Positions 10,831 to 18,523 of a stretch of 32,000 nucleotides of DNA are shown here, piece by piece; within the stretch, counting starts at the first letter, position 1; every line of letters begins with the position of its first letter. Position numbers and translations under genes: made by a program. The stretch is from NCBI GenBank assembly GCA_001029695.1, contig CP011211.1, positions 1,006,684 to 1,038,683 on the forward strand. Reading direction: 5' to 3'. The stretch is from Candidatus Saccharimonadota bacterium (lineage in GTDB: Bacteria > Patescibacteriota > Saccharimonadia > Saccharimonadales > Saccharimonadaceae). The notes under the pieces were generated by a model. It was not told the origin of the DNA and ran no database searches. It saw nothing but the letters and a program-made list of their open reading frames with translations.

Positions 10831-10859
10831 AATGTACCCCCTGGGGGTATCTATGTCAA
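10831..10859 (-). promoter_or_regulatory. csoR-copA promoter with an embedded palindromic CsoR-type operator
   Basis: The minus strand reads TTGACA (10859..10854), a 17-nt spacer, then TACATT (10836..10831). The spacer holds TACCCCC-N-GGGGGTA (10835..10849), two perfect 7-nt inverted arms around one central base. The -10 box ends 6 nt before the ATG at 10824. Confidence 0.65.
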
Positions 10860-11431
10860 CATCTATTTTCGCTAAAATGAGTCTGCGAGTTGTTCGATGC
10901 GCGTCTCATGGTGAAGTTTGTATATTAAAATACAAATAAAAAATACATCCGCAACGGATATGCCTCATATGGTGGCTCTTACATATCTACTCTTTATACC
11001 TCCATAGTCGTGGAGATAGCTCCTTAAGACTATTCTCTTATTCGACACGTAGCATCTTTAGCGCGTCAGAAGAACAATCAAACTATCTAACAGATAAGAA
11101 AAAGTTCCCTACTCTCAGTGGTGAAAATAAGACACTCATTCTAATCTGTAATTCTATTACGGTGCGATTTTACGCCGCAGTCCGAGCCAATTTTCGAAAA
11201 AATTCCTAAAGCTCAGCCCTGACGCCTTGCGAGTGTTTCACGCCTGCTCGCCCCACTCGAAAGCCCTTTGAATTATTTTTTATTCGCCGCCGAATTTCTT
11301 TTCTAGCTGGAAAGGACTTGGCCGGCGGTTCACCTACCGCCCAAGGCAGTAGAGTCAACACGGCTTTAGCCGGTATAGCTGACGCGTTATGCGCCCTCGT
11401 CCCGAGAGTATTGCGATTAACAAGAAAATTC

Positions 11432-11477
11432 AAATTACGCTATATCTGGTGTATATACACCAGATATAGCGTAATTT
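11432..11477. terminator. 46-nt perfect palindrome (23-bp arms, no spacer); likely a bidirectional terminator after the 2H gene
   Basis: aaattacgctatatctggtgtat|atacaccagatatagcgtaattt. It starts 22 nt after the stop of ORF 11500..11991 and is followed on the minus strand by GAATTTTCTTG. Confidence 0.5.
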
Positions 11478-11499
11478 TGTTTAACCCCTTGGATGGAGG

Positions 11500-11991
11500 T
11501 TATTTAACATCGGAAAAATTCAATGTCTTCAGGAGCTTTCTCTTGGTTGGTGAGCCATTTGGGAGTTTATCGATTATGGTTATATCATCAAACACAACAG
11601 AATCACCTTTATTCAGACGAACTGCTTCTTGAACAGTTGCATGTGCGCGATAGTTCTCAAGTATGTATTGAGGCTCATCAAAGATGGCATGTGCGTCCGA
11701 AAGGATACTTACTAAACTAGTATGTAGCTCCTGTAGTTCATCATTCATAATCATTGTTGTTACATGCACTTCTCTGTTTGGGCCAAAAAACTCATCTTCT
11801 CCGGCAGTAAGAGAAAAGGTCTTAAGATTACTACAGAGTTGTTTTATTTTGCCCAACAAAGTATCGTCCATCCTTTCAAGCTGAAAGCTTGGAACAATAG
11901 TGATGTGTAGAGGGTAATTTTCTGGCAGAAATTCATCTCCGTCTTGTAGTCTTTTCAATAGTTTAATGATTACATATCGTTGTGTTGTCAT
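11500..11991 (-). CDS. 2H phosphoesterase superfamily protein (LigT / 2'-5' RNA ligase / cyclic phosphodiesterase-like)
   Basis: Two HxTx motifs, PLHITIV and RAHATVQ, lie about 88 residues apart in a 163-aa protein. This is the 2H-fold signature. Confidence 0.75.
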   Translation of the reverse strand: MTTQRYVIIKLLKRLQDGDEFLPENYPLHITIVPSFQLERMDDTLLGKIKQLCSNLKTFSLTAGEDEFFGPNREVHVTTMIMNDELQELHTSLVSILSDAHAIFDEPQYILENYRAHATVQEAVRLNKGDSVVFDDITIIDKLPNGSPTKRKLLKTLNFSDVK

Positions 11992-11996
11992 TATTC

Positions 11997-12376
11997 TTAT
12001 ATCCTTTCAATCGTTAGTTGTATGCCGCATGACGCGAGGTCTTGGGAGTATATTTCAGAAAAATTTGAGATGGATAAATCGGGGTGCTTGATGCTGAGAT
12101 GGTTGAAAACTCTATTTCTCATACATTCCCTGACAAATACGTATTTTTGGAGTTCATAGAGAATATGTAAGTCATTTCGACCTTGCTCGCGAATCTTTTG
12201 TTTCGTCATCTCTATCTTCTCATCTACAATCGCAAGCCTTGTGTCTCTAATATTTTCATAGTCGGATACTAACGGGCTACGGGGTATTCATTCTCCATCT
12301 TTCGGGCTGTATAGCTCTTTCCTGACGCTGAAGGGCCTGAAATTATTACGGGGCTGTCTCGTCTGTATTCAATCAT
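11997..12376 (-). pseudogene. Polynucleotide-kinase-like P-loop kinase (AAA_33/Pnk-type) broken by a frameshift at a C4 run
   Basis: ATG 12376 gives MIEYRRDSPVIISGPSASGKSYTARKMENEYPVAR*, with the stop at 12271..12269. The -1 frame is open from 12287 and reads IPRSPLVSDYENIRDTRLAIVDEKIE, continuing into the track ORF 11997..12209. GxxxxGKS followed by vSxDxxR resembles the Walker A motif and catalytic Asp of Pnk-type kinases. One extra C in CCCC (plus-strand GGGG 12281..12284) would fuse the frames. Confidence 0.6.
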
Positions 12377-12466
12377 GTATATATTATACAATATTTTTCA
12401 CTAAAAGAAGTCATCAGTATACTGTTGATGGTATGTCATAATAGAAGTTAGCTTACAGGAGGAAAA

Positions 12467-13015
12467 ATGATAGAAGTAGAACGAAAATACAGAGTTTCAG
12501 ATAGTCAAAGTTACGTGAAGATTCTAGAGGAGATTGACGCACGAAACCTTGGCACAACAAGGCAGAAAGATCAGGTTTATTTACCTTCTTCTATCGGATC
12601 TTTTCGTGAATACGAGAAAGGTATGCCTATCGTACGTATACGCACCGAAGATGAAGCTGTTACATTGACGCTCAAAGCGGGCGGAGAGGCGCATTTTACT
12701 CACGAGGTTGAGACGATTGTTTCGGATGCTGAGGCTACTAGCCAAATTATAGAGACTCTCTCTATGCATCAGGTCATGGTGATTGACAAGACACGCACAA
12801 CCTACAGGTACGAGGGTTTTACTATTGCAATAGACCATGTTGTACATTTGGGTGATTTTCTCGAGGTCGAGATACTTGTTGATATAGAGTCAAAAGTAAC
12901 AGAAGCGGTGGAGTTAATCGACCTGTTTGCCAGCCAGAAGCTGGGATTATCATTAGACTCTGTCGAGAACGAACGATATGATGCATTACTTGAGCGTGCA
13001 AAGGTCGAGGAATAG
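12467..13015 (+). CDS. CYTH-domain protein (class IV adenylyl cyclase CyaB / triphosphate tunnel metalloenzyme family)
   Basis: The N-terminal ExExK signature is MIEVERKY. It is followed by VRIRTE, LTLK, HEVETIV, DKTRTTYRY and LGDFLEVEI. AGGAGG lies 6 nt upstream of the ATG. Confidence 0.85.
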   Translation: MIEVERKYRVSDSQSYVKILEEIDARNLGTTRQKDQVYLPSSIGSFREYEKGMPIVRIRTEDEAVTLTLKAGGEAHFTHEVETIVSDAEATSQIIETLSMHQVMVIDKTRTTYRYEGFTIAIDHVVHLGDFLEVEILVDIESKVTEAVELIDLFASQKLGLSLDSVENERYDALLERAKVEE

Positions 13016-13205
13016 TTCTTGTCTGGAGAGTATCACAGGGAGATAAGCTCATCAGTATCTTCGATGCTAGTCCACACATTAAGACTTGTGTCATCTCTTA
13101 GTTCTCCATAAGCGGTTGTATAGACTTTGATATCGTCTATGTCGGCACGCTGTCTGTTTGATAAAGTTTATCGGACACAATAATACCTGATGAAAGTGAG
13201 CTATT

Positions 13206-13433
13206 ATGACTAATCCAGACCCATTTCACGATAGACACCTTTACGAAGATGAGGATGCTATTAATTCGGCATTGAACTACCTCAAAATAAATCATCCCGA
13301 TGATGCTAATCGCAACTATGCAATTGCATTCTTGAAGTTCATGCAACGCTTCGCGTTCCATGCAGAAAAGACTAAAGGATTCGACTACGATACATTGTTC
13401 GAGCAATTCAAGAAGTCAGAGCAAAAAGACTAA
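13206..13433 (+). CDS. Small hypothetical protein (75 aa), paralog of ORF 14259..14516
   Basis: Shares the pattern D.I..aL.Y...N.P..A....A..FL ... fDyD.lf.qF.k with the 85-aa ORF. It is convergent with the coupling-protein fragment, and their stop codons overlap. Confidence 0.55.
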   Translation: MTNPDPFHDRHLYEDEDAINSALNYLKINHPDDANRNYAIAFLKFMQRFAFHAEKTKGFDYDTLFEQFKKSEQKD

Positions 13434-14065
13434 GCATCAAACATATCTTCTATGAGAGGATCGACTAGAACAGGTTGATCCTTTTTATTTTTCTCGATGC
13501 CAGTAACTCTTGATGTTCGTCTTTCGACTACTTTCTGTGTTGACTTTGGCTGCTCGGCTTTAGGTTCTTGTTTCGTGGCAAATGCTATTTGCGATACGGC
13601 TTTTACTGTCTGCGCGGTGTCCCTACTCCCTGCAGACTCAAGCAGTAGAGTCTGGCCTGAGAGTGGTTCCTGGGCTTTAATCGCTGACAGTTTCGCGTAG
13701 AAGTTATACGCAGGTAGGTTACTAATCTCTCCCTCGTCAATAAACGGCTTGAAAAGCGGCAATAATGCCTTTTCATCTTGAGGGTTCCCTGTTCTGAAGC
13801 AAATAACTGTTCCAACATTGGCTAAGATTATACTCACCATTTGCTGGTCATCCTGCTGTGACGTTGATTGTTCTGCCATTGTGAGGAATAAACGGTATTT
13901 GCGAGCTTCTGAAAGCATCTGGACAAATGATGCTGTCGCAAAGTTTTGGAACTCATCTACGTATAGGTAGTACGGTCGTCGATCCTCATGCTCGATTCGG
14001 GCACGACGAAGGCTGGCGAGTTGAAGTTTTGCGAGTACCGTAATACCGAATAGTTTTGAGAACCA
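13430..14065 (-). pseudogene. 3' fragment (about the last 211 codons) of a second VirD4/TraG-type coupling-protein gene
   Basis: SKLFGITVLAKLQLASLRRARIEHEDRRPYYLYVDEFQNFATASFVQMLSEARKYRLFLTMAEQSTSQQDD.. aligns with residues from about 655 to the end of the intact 866-aa T4CP (SELLGIMVIAKFQLASLRRVRVKQSERTPYYLYVDEFQNFATMSFVQMLSESRKYKLFLTMAEQSTSQQDD). The frame is closed by a TAG at 14068..14066. There is no N-terminal part and no Walker A. Confidence 0.85.
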
Positions 14066-14258
14066 CTAAAAACAGCCCACTACCAGAGGTAAATGAGCTG
14101 TTTAAATTGAAAACTTCGTTTCTATCTACGTATGGTGAGCCATGTGGATATTACCTGGAACTCTTTTCTACCCTATTTGATCAAACTGACCGACAGACTT
14201 GAAGACCTTGGTTTTCGGTATGTTGATAATAAAGTAATCGTACTAAAGGAGGAAACAG

Positions 14259-14516
14259 ATGACAAATGATATAATTAGAATAATGAAGAAAGTTGATGAG
14301 CAAATCGGTTACGACCTCAACGAGCAGGATATTGGCGCAGTATTGCGCTATATGCAGTTGAACGACCCCGAACACGCTACGCCAGAAAGAGCGGTGCGCT
14401 TTTTGGTGACATGGAAGAAAAGTCTTCGCAAGCGTGATATCAACAGTCCTCTTGAAGCCGATCTCGATGAGTTTTACAAACAATTCATCAAGACCGACTT
14501 AGAACAATCTGAATAG
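14259..14516 (+). CDS. Small hypothetical protein (85 aa), paralog of ORF 13206..13433
   Basis: A strong AAGGAGG lies 7 nt upstream. It is the first gene of a tightly spaced plus-strand trio. The paralogy is described under ORF 13206..13433. Confidence 0.65.
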   Translation: MTNDIIRIMKKVDEQIGYDLNEQDIGAVLRYMQLNDPEHATPERAVRFLVTWKKSLRKRDINSPLEADLDEFYKQFIKTDLEQSE

Positions 14517-14526
14517 GCGGCCTGTT

Positions 14527-14775
14527 ATGTCGCGTCGTTCTCATAAAAGTGGTCGCGGAAGTGCAATCGTCATTATAGTGGTTGCTGCTGCCGTCATAAT
14601 GTACTCGCAAGGCTGGTCGAGTACTGCAATATTCAACACCCTTGTCATCGGCTTGCTATTGATAGTAGTGGTAGGAATCTTTTACCGCCCTATCATTGGA
14701 GTGTTTCGTATCATCAGAGGATTGATACAAAAAACAGAGGCTCAAGCACATTGCTCGCTCAAACTTACCGATTGA
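14527..14775 (+). CDS. Small 2-TM membrane protein; probably the detached N-terminal half of the downstream Mrr-like nuclease
   Basis: Two hydrophobic helices, AIVIIVVAAAVIM and LVIGLLLIVVVGIF. The downstream nuclease frame is already open from 14726. Removing one A from the A6 run at 14729..14734 fuses the two ORFs. Confidence 0.6.
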   Translation: MSRRSHKSGRGSAIVIIVVAAAVIMYSQGWSSTAIFNTLVIGLLLIVVVGIFYRPIIGVFRIIRGLIQKTEAQAHCSLKLTD

Positions 14776-14779
14776 AGCT

Positions 14780-15091
14780 ATGACATGGGCGGAGTTTGAA
14801 TACTTTGTTGCCGACTGGCTGAGGAATCGAGGCTATACCGATGTACGGCTCACTGAACACTATGATTTGGGCGTTGATATTGTTGCCAAGAAAGACGGCA
14901 TTACGTGGGGCGTGCAAGTGAAACATTATAGTGGTTTGGTCGGTATTGAAGCAGTGCGACAAGTAGTTGTCGCACTCAAAAAGTACAAATGTGATCGTGC
15001 GATGGTCGTGACTAATAGTGTCTTTTCGCGGCCAGCTATTGAAATCGCTAATAGCCAAGATTGCGTGCTTATTGACGGTTCAAAACTGTAG
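14780..15091 (+). CDS. Minimal Mrr-like (PD-(D/E)xK) restriction-endonuclease-domain protein
   Basis: WAEFEYFVADWLRNRGY..DLGVDIVAKKDGITWGVQVKHY..AMVVTNSVFS matches the Mrr catalytic-core pattern (D, then E/Q-x-K). Confidence 0.75.
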   Translation: MTWAEFEYFVADWLRNRGYTDVRLTEHYDLGVDIVAKKDGITWGVQVKHYSGLVGIEAVRQVVVALKKYKCDRAMVVTNSVFSRPAIEIANSQDCVLIDGSKL

Positions 15092-15108
15092 TTGCCGTAC
15101 TAGAGGTA

Positions 15109-15330
15109 CTAAAATGGCAATATTTTTGACGATTTTACATTGAGAGCTTTGAGGATATTTTCAAAAGTCTCAATAGAGGCGTTTGCTTCACCGCGCTCAA
15201 TTTGCGCGTAATGATTCGTGCTGATATCAGCTTTTTCTGCAACTTCAACTTGAGTGAGGTGCTGCTTTTCGCGCACCTCACGCAGTTTACGTCCGATTAT
15301 CTGGAGTGAAATACTGGTCATTCTGTACAT
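15109..15330 (-). CDS. XRE-family helix-turn-helix transcriptional regulator
   Basis: LREVREKQHLTQVEVAEKADISTNHYAQIERGEANASIETFENILKAL. It lies directly downstream of the coupling-protein gene. A TGGTACAAT extended -10 (15340..15332) suggests that the ATG at 15321 may be the real start. Confidence 0.85.
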   Translation of the reverse strand: MYRMTSISLQIIGRKLREVREKQHLTQVEVAEKADISTNHYAQIERGEANASIETFENILKALNVKSSKILPF

Positions 15331-15368
15331 TATTGTACCATCTTACCGGTAATGTCATGTGGATAGAG

Positions 15369-17969
15369 CTATTCTTCGCCCGGTAGCTTGCGATGATGAG
15401 ACGAGGCTACTTTCTGCTCTAGAGATTTCTTTTTTGTCGGAGGTTGTTTGGTTTTGGCTGGTTTCACCACTTCTGGAGTGTACTTTATTGCATAGTTTTT
15501 GCGAGAGCCATCTATGATAGCTTGGCGGATATTCATACCCGAAGTGCTCTTATCTTTAATCAGCAATGTCTCGCCCGACAATGGTTCTTGTGATTGTATG
15601 GCAGCAATCCGCACGTAATAATTAAACGCTGGCAAGTTGGCGATTTCACCTTGCTCGACATAGGGCGCAAACATTTGCAGTAGGGCTTGCTCATCTGCCG
15701 GGTTGCCTGTTCTAAAGCAGACAATCGTGCCGACATTGGCAAGAATAATATTCACCATACGCTGATCGTCTTGTTGCGACGTAGATTGTTCGGCCATTGT
15801 GAGGAATAGTTTGTATTTACGCGACTCAGAGAGCATCTGTACGAATGACATGGTGGCAAAGTTTTGAAACTCATCGACGTACAGATAGTACGGCGTTCGT
15901 TCGGACTGCTTTACGCGAACGCGACGCAACGATGCAAGCTGGAACTTAGCGATTACCATAATGCCAAGCAGCTCCGAGGTATCTTCACCAAGGAGGCCTT
16001 TTGAGAAATTACAAATGAGGATTTTGCGATTGGTAAGAATATCATCAAAATCAATCGTTGATTTTTCTTGCTCCAAGATACGTTTGGCACTGGCCGAGAA
16101 AAGAAAGCGTCCGATTTTTGCCGTGATACCAGCCGCCATTTTGACTTGCTGCATACCTCCGGCCTTGCCAAACTCGTTGCGCCAGAAACGCTTGAGATTC
16201 TCATCGTCAAGCGAGGCGACAACCTTTTTTCGATAGGTCGGGTCGTTGATTAAGTCGTACACCGTGAACAGCGTGGCTTTTTCTTGTGTTAGTGCTGTTT
16301 GTACGGCATTACGCAACATATATTCGATACGATGGCCTCCCGAGTCGTCATCAGAAAATACCTTACGAAAAATAGAGACGATCGTTTCGGTAATGAGGTC
16401 TTTTTCGCGCAGTAATGCATCGCCATCTAGCTTTTCATCAATTTCCAGCAAGTTAAGTCCGATGGGATACGCGAGATCATCAGGATTAAAGTACACTACG
16501 TCTTTGATGCGTTCTTTTGGTACATGATTCAGCAGTGTTTCCGCCATGTCGCCGTGTGGGTCTACGACCGCCACTCCTTTACCATTTTGCATATCTTGGA
16601 CTATTTCGTACTGCAACATAGTTGTTTTGCCGCTGCCGGTGCCGCCGATAATATATTCATGGCGTTCGCGCTCTTGCTCCGTGAGGCCGATTGGCGTCTC
16701 GGTATTGTGATGAATATTTCTACCGATAATCACGTCAAACTGTTTGTTTTGTTTGAGTGATATTGGCGCTGGCAGCGTTCGACTAAGCGAAGTGATGAGG
16801 TTGTCAGTTTTGCTAACTTGGCTTGACGGGAAATGATACAGACTAGCCAGCTCCGTCGAGGCAAGAATGATCGCCGAATGACGGCGTAGCGACGGCAGCC
16901 GACGTGTGGCAGCTCGCTGGCGCAGTCTATCGACGACCGGCAATGTATGTTTTGCTTTGAGTGATTGATATGGCAGCACGCTATAGCCATCGAGCGCGGA
17001 TTTGAGTGCGGCAATGTGCTGCTTGGCCTCGGGGCTTTTGACGAGTACTCGTATATTGACTTGAAAAAGTGGATGTGTGACTTTTTGGTGCATCGTTTCC
17101 ATGAGTTCAAGTTCAAAGGCGCTCAATACTCGGGCTGGGCGATCGTGCGTAGTAATACGTGATCGTTGCTGCACGTCTCGCGTCTTGGCACTATAGTACT
17201 CCCTATGACTTGACGTCATGCCCATATAGACCTCGCCCGCTAGATCGGTCATGCTTGACGCCGCTTTGCCAAATACATTCGTAAAGCGCCCCATTGCCGA
17301 TAGTTGCTTGCCGCTGACTTGCTGCAAGATATTTTCGTTGCCGAGTATCTTGTGTGAGAGTATATCGGCTTCATGCAAACGGACAGGCGTGGCGATAAGC
17401 TGCAATACAATCTCTTCATCATCAGTCAGCTGCGTCATTGCGCCAGTTACATAGCCGAGGGGGTCATGTTGCTCAAATATCGAGGTGAGTGTCAATGGCA
17501 GTACGTAGTGGCCAGTCTCCCTAAACTCAATAACACTGTACGCGCCGTCCGTATTGCGCTCGACCTCTTTTACCTTTGAATCTGGTATATACGAGGTAAT
17601 GGCTTTTTGTATGTTTGATGAGCGGTTTTTTTCAATTTGGAGCAGATAGCGGATACCGTCTTTACGAGTTGAAACGATCTCAAAACTCATCACTGGCGAG
17701 CGATTGATGAGTCTATCTTTGGGTGATCGAGCGGCACGCATACCGTGAAGTACTGAGAATAGTTGTTCGGTTGCCTCTGGCGTTTTGGCGATGTTTGACG
17801 GTGGTGTAATCTCTAGCCACACCATGTCACGACCCAGCAGAAAGCGACGGTTCACAATAGTACGAACAACCAAAAAGATACTCACGCCCGCAACTATCGA
17901 GGCGATAATAACTAGAGCTGTAGGCCAGTACCGTATGGCGGCATCGACGTAATGGGATTGGGCGTCCAT
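15369..17969 (-). CDS. virD4: Type IV secretion coupling protein (VirD4/TraG-type ATPase)
   Basis: N-terminal TM helix (WPTALVIIASIVAGVSIFLVV), Walker A IIGGTGSGKTT and Walker B YYLYVDEFQNF. AGGAG lies 7 nt upstream. The gene overlaps the CHAP gene by 58 nt. Confidence 0.85.
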   Translation of the reverse strand: MDAQSHYVDAAIRYWPTALVIIASIVAGVSIFLVVRTIVNRRFLLGRDMVWLEITPPSNIAKTPEATEQLFSVLHGMRAARSPKDRLINRSPVMSFEIVSTRKDGIRYLLQIEKNRSSNIQKAITSYIPDSKVKEVERNTDGAYSVIEFRETGHYVLPLTLTSIFEQHDPLGYVTGAMTQLTDDEEIVLQLIATPVRLHEADILSHKILGNENILQQVSGKQLSAMGRFTNVFGKAASSMTDLAGEVYMGMTSSHREYYSAKTRDVQQRSRITTHDRPARVLSAFELELMETMHQKVTHPLFQVNIRVLVKSPEAKQHIAALKSALDGYSVLPYQSLKAKHTLPVVDRLRQRAATRRLPSLRRHSAIILASTELASLYHFPSSQVSKTDNLITSLSRTLPAPISLKQNKQFDVIIGRNIHHNTETPIGLTEQERERHEYIIGGTGSGKTTMLQYEIVQDMQNGKGVAVVDPHGDMAETLLNHVPKERIKDVVYFNPDDLAYPIGLNLLEIDEKLDGDALLREKDLITETIVSIFRKVFSDDDSGGHRIEYMLRNAVQTALTQEKATLFTVYDLINDPTYRKKVVASLDDENLKRFWRNEFGKAGGMQQVKMAAGITAKIGRFLFSASAKRILEQEKSTIDFDDILTNRKILICNFSKGLLGEDTSELLGIMVIAKFQLASLRRVRVKQSERTPYYLYVDEFQNFATMSFVQMLSESRKYKLFLTMAEQSTSQQDDQRMVNIILANVGTIVCFRTGNPADEQALLQMFAPYVEQGEIANLPAFNYYVRIAAIQSQEPLSGETLLIKDKSTSGMNIRQAIIDGSRKNYAIKYTPEVVKPAKTKQPPTKKKSLEQKVASSHHRKLPGEE

Positions 17970-18523
17970 GGCTGCGCTCCTATTTTATTGTGAATAAACG
18001 TGTAATGTACGGCCGCTTCTTTTGAAAACGTACGCTGCGAGACAACATTGAGCGTCGGAGCGTTCATCTCGGATATTGTCCACTCACCGCTAACTGTATT
18101 GACCTTGATAACATATGCCACATGGCCGTAGCCACCGCCGCCAACATCGGTTTGGAATACCGCACCGACAGCGGGTGTATTATTGACGGCGTAGTTTTGT
18201 GCGCGTGCATAATCATCCCACGTATTTGCATTACCCCATGTATTCGGTATCGGGCTACCTGCCCATTGCCGCATGGCATATGACCACCACGTACAGTTGC
18301 CCCATGCGTAGGTGTTACCAATCATCACGCCGCCCATATAGAAGCCTTGGGTTTCGGCGCTCTTTGCGTCAGGCGTATTCGCTAGCCAACTGAGGGTTGG
18401 CATCCCCATAGAGAACACGGCAACGACTGGCAAGCTGACGACAACAAACATCACTACAACGATCAGGGCAAGGATGCGCTTGATCTTGAAGCCTACAGCA
18501 AATAGCGCCACCTCTTGGTTCAT
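17912..18523 (-). CDS. Membrane-anchored CHAP-domain peptidoglycan hydrolase (functional VirB1 analogue)
   Basis: TM anchor ILALIVVVMFVVVSLPVVAVF. The CHAP signature is YAWGNCTWWSY, followed by GGYGHVAYVIKV (catalytic Cys and His). The start overlaps the VirB4 stop as ATGA. Confidence 0.85.
   Translation of the reverse strand: MNQEVALFAVGFKIKRILALIVVVMFVVVSLPVVAVFSMGMPTLSWLANTPDAKSAETQGFYMGGVMIGNTYAWGNCTWWSYAMRQWAGSPIPNTWGNANTWDDYARAQNYAVNNTPAVGAVFQTDVGGGGYGHVAYVIKVNTVSGEWTISEMNAPTLNVVSQRTFSKEAAVHYTFIHNKIGAQPWTPNPITSMPPYGTGLQL

Noticed and set aside
10935-11431. tmRNA, RNase P RNA, SRP RNA or tRNA in the non-coding block
   Set aside because: On neither strand did I find a GGTTCGAnTCC-type T-arm with a CCA end, a GGGG 5' end with a tag ORF ending in hydrophobic residues, the GAGGAAAGTCCGG/ACAGAAnCCGGCTTA P4 pair, or the GGAA-capped AGCAGC helix-8 motif. 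A partial resemblance of 11341..11385 to the 3' half of 4.5S RNA lacked the matching 5' half.
11206-11632. Track ORFs 11206..11433 (minus strand) and 11318..11632 (plus strand) as real genes
   Set aside because: They overlap each other on opposite strands and have no SD. The second runs through the 46-nt palindrome and into the 2H gene, and neither peptide shows any recognisable motif.
13020-13140. Minus-strand peptide ..DDIKVYTTAYGELRDDTSLNVWTSIEDTDELISL* as a gene or gene relic
   Set aside because: It has only about 45 open codons, no start codon, no RBS, and no similarity to anything else in the window. That is insufficient evidence.
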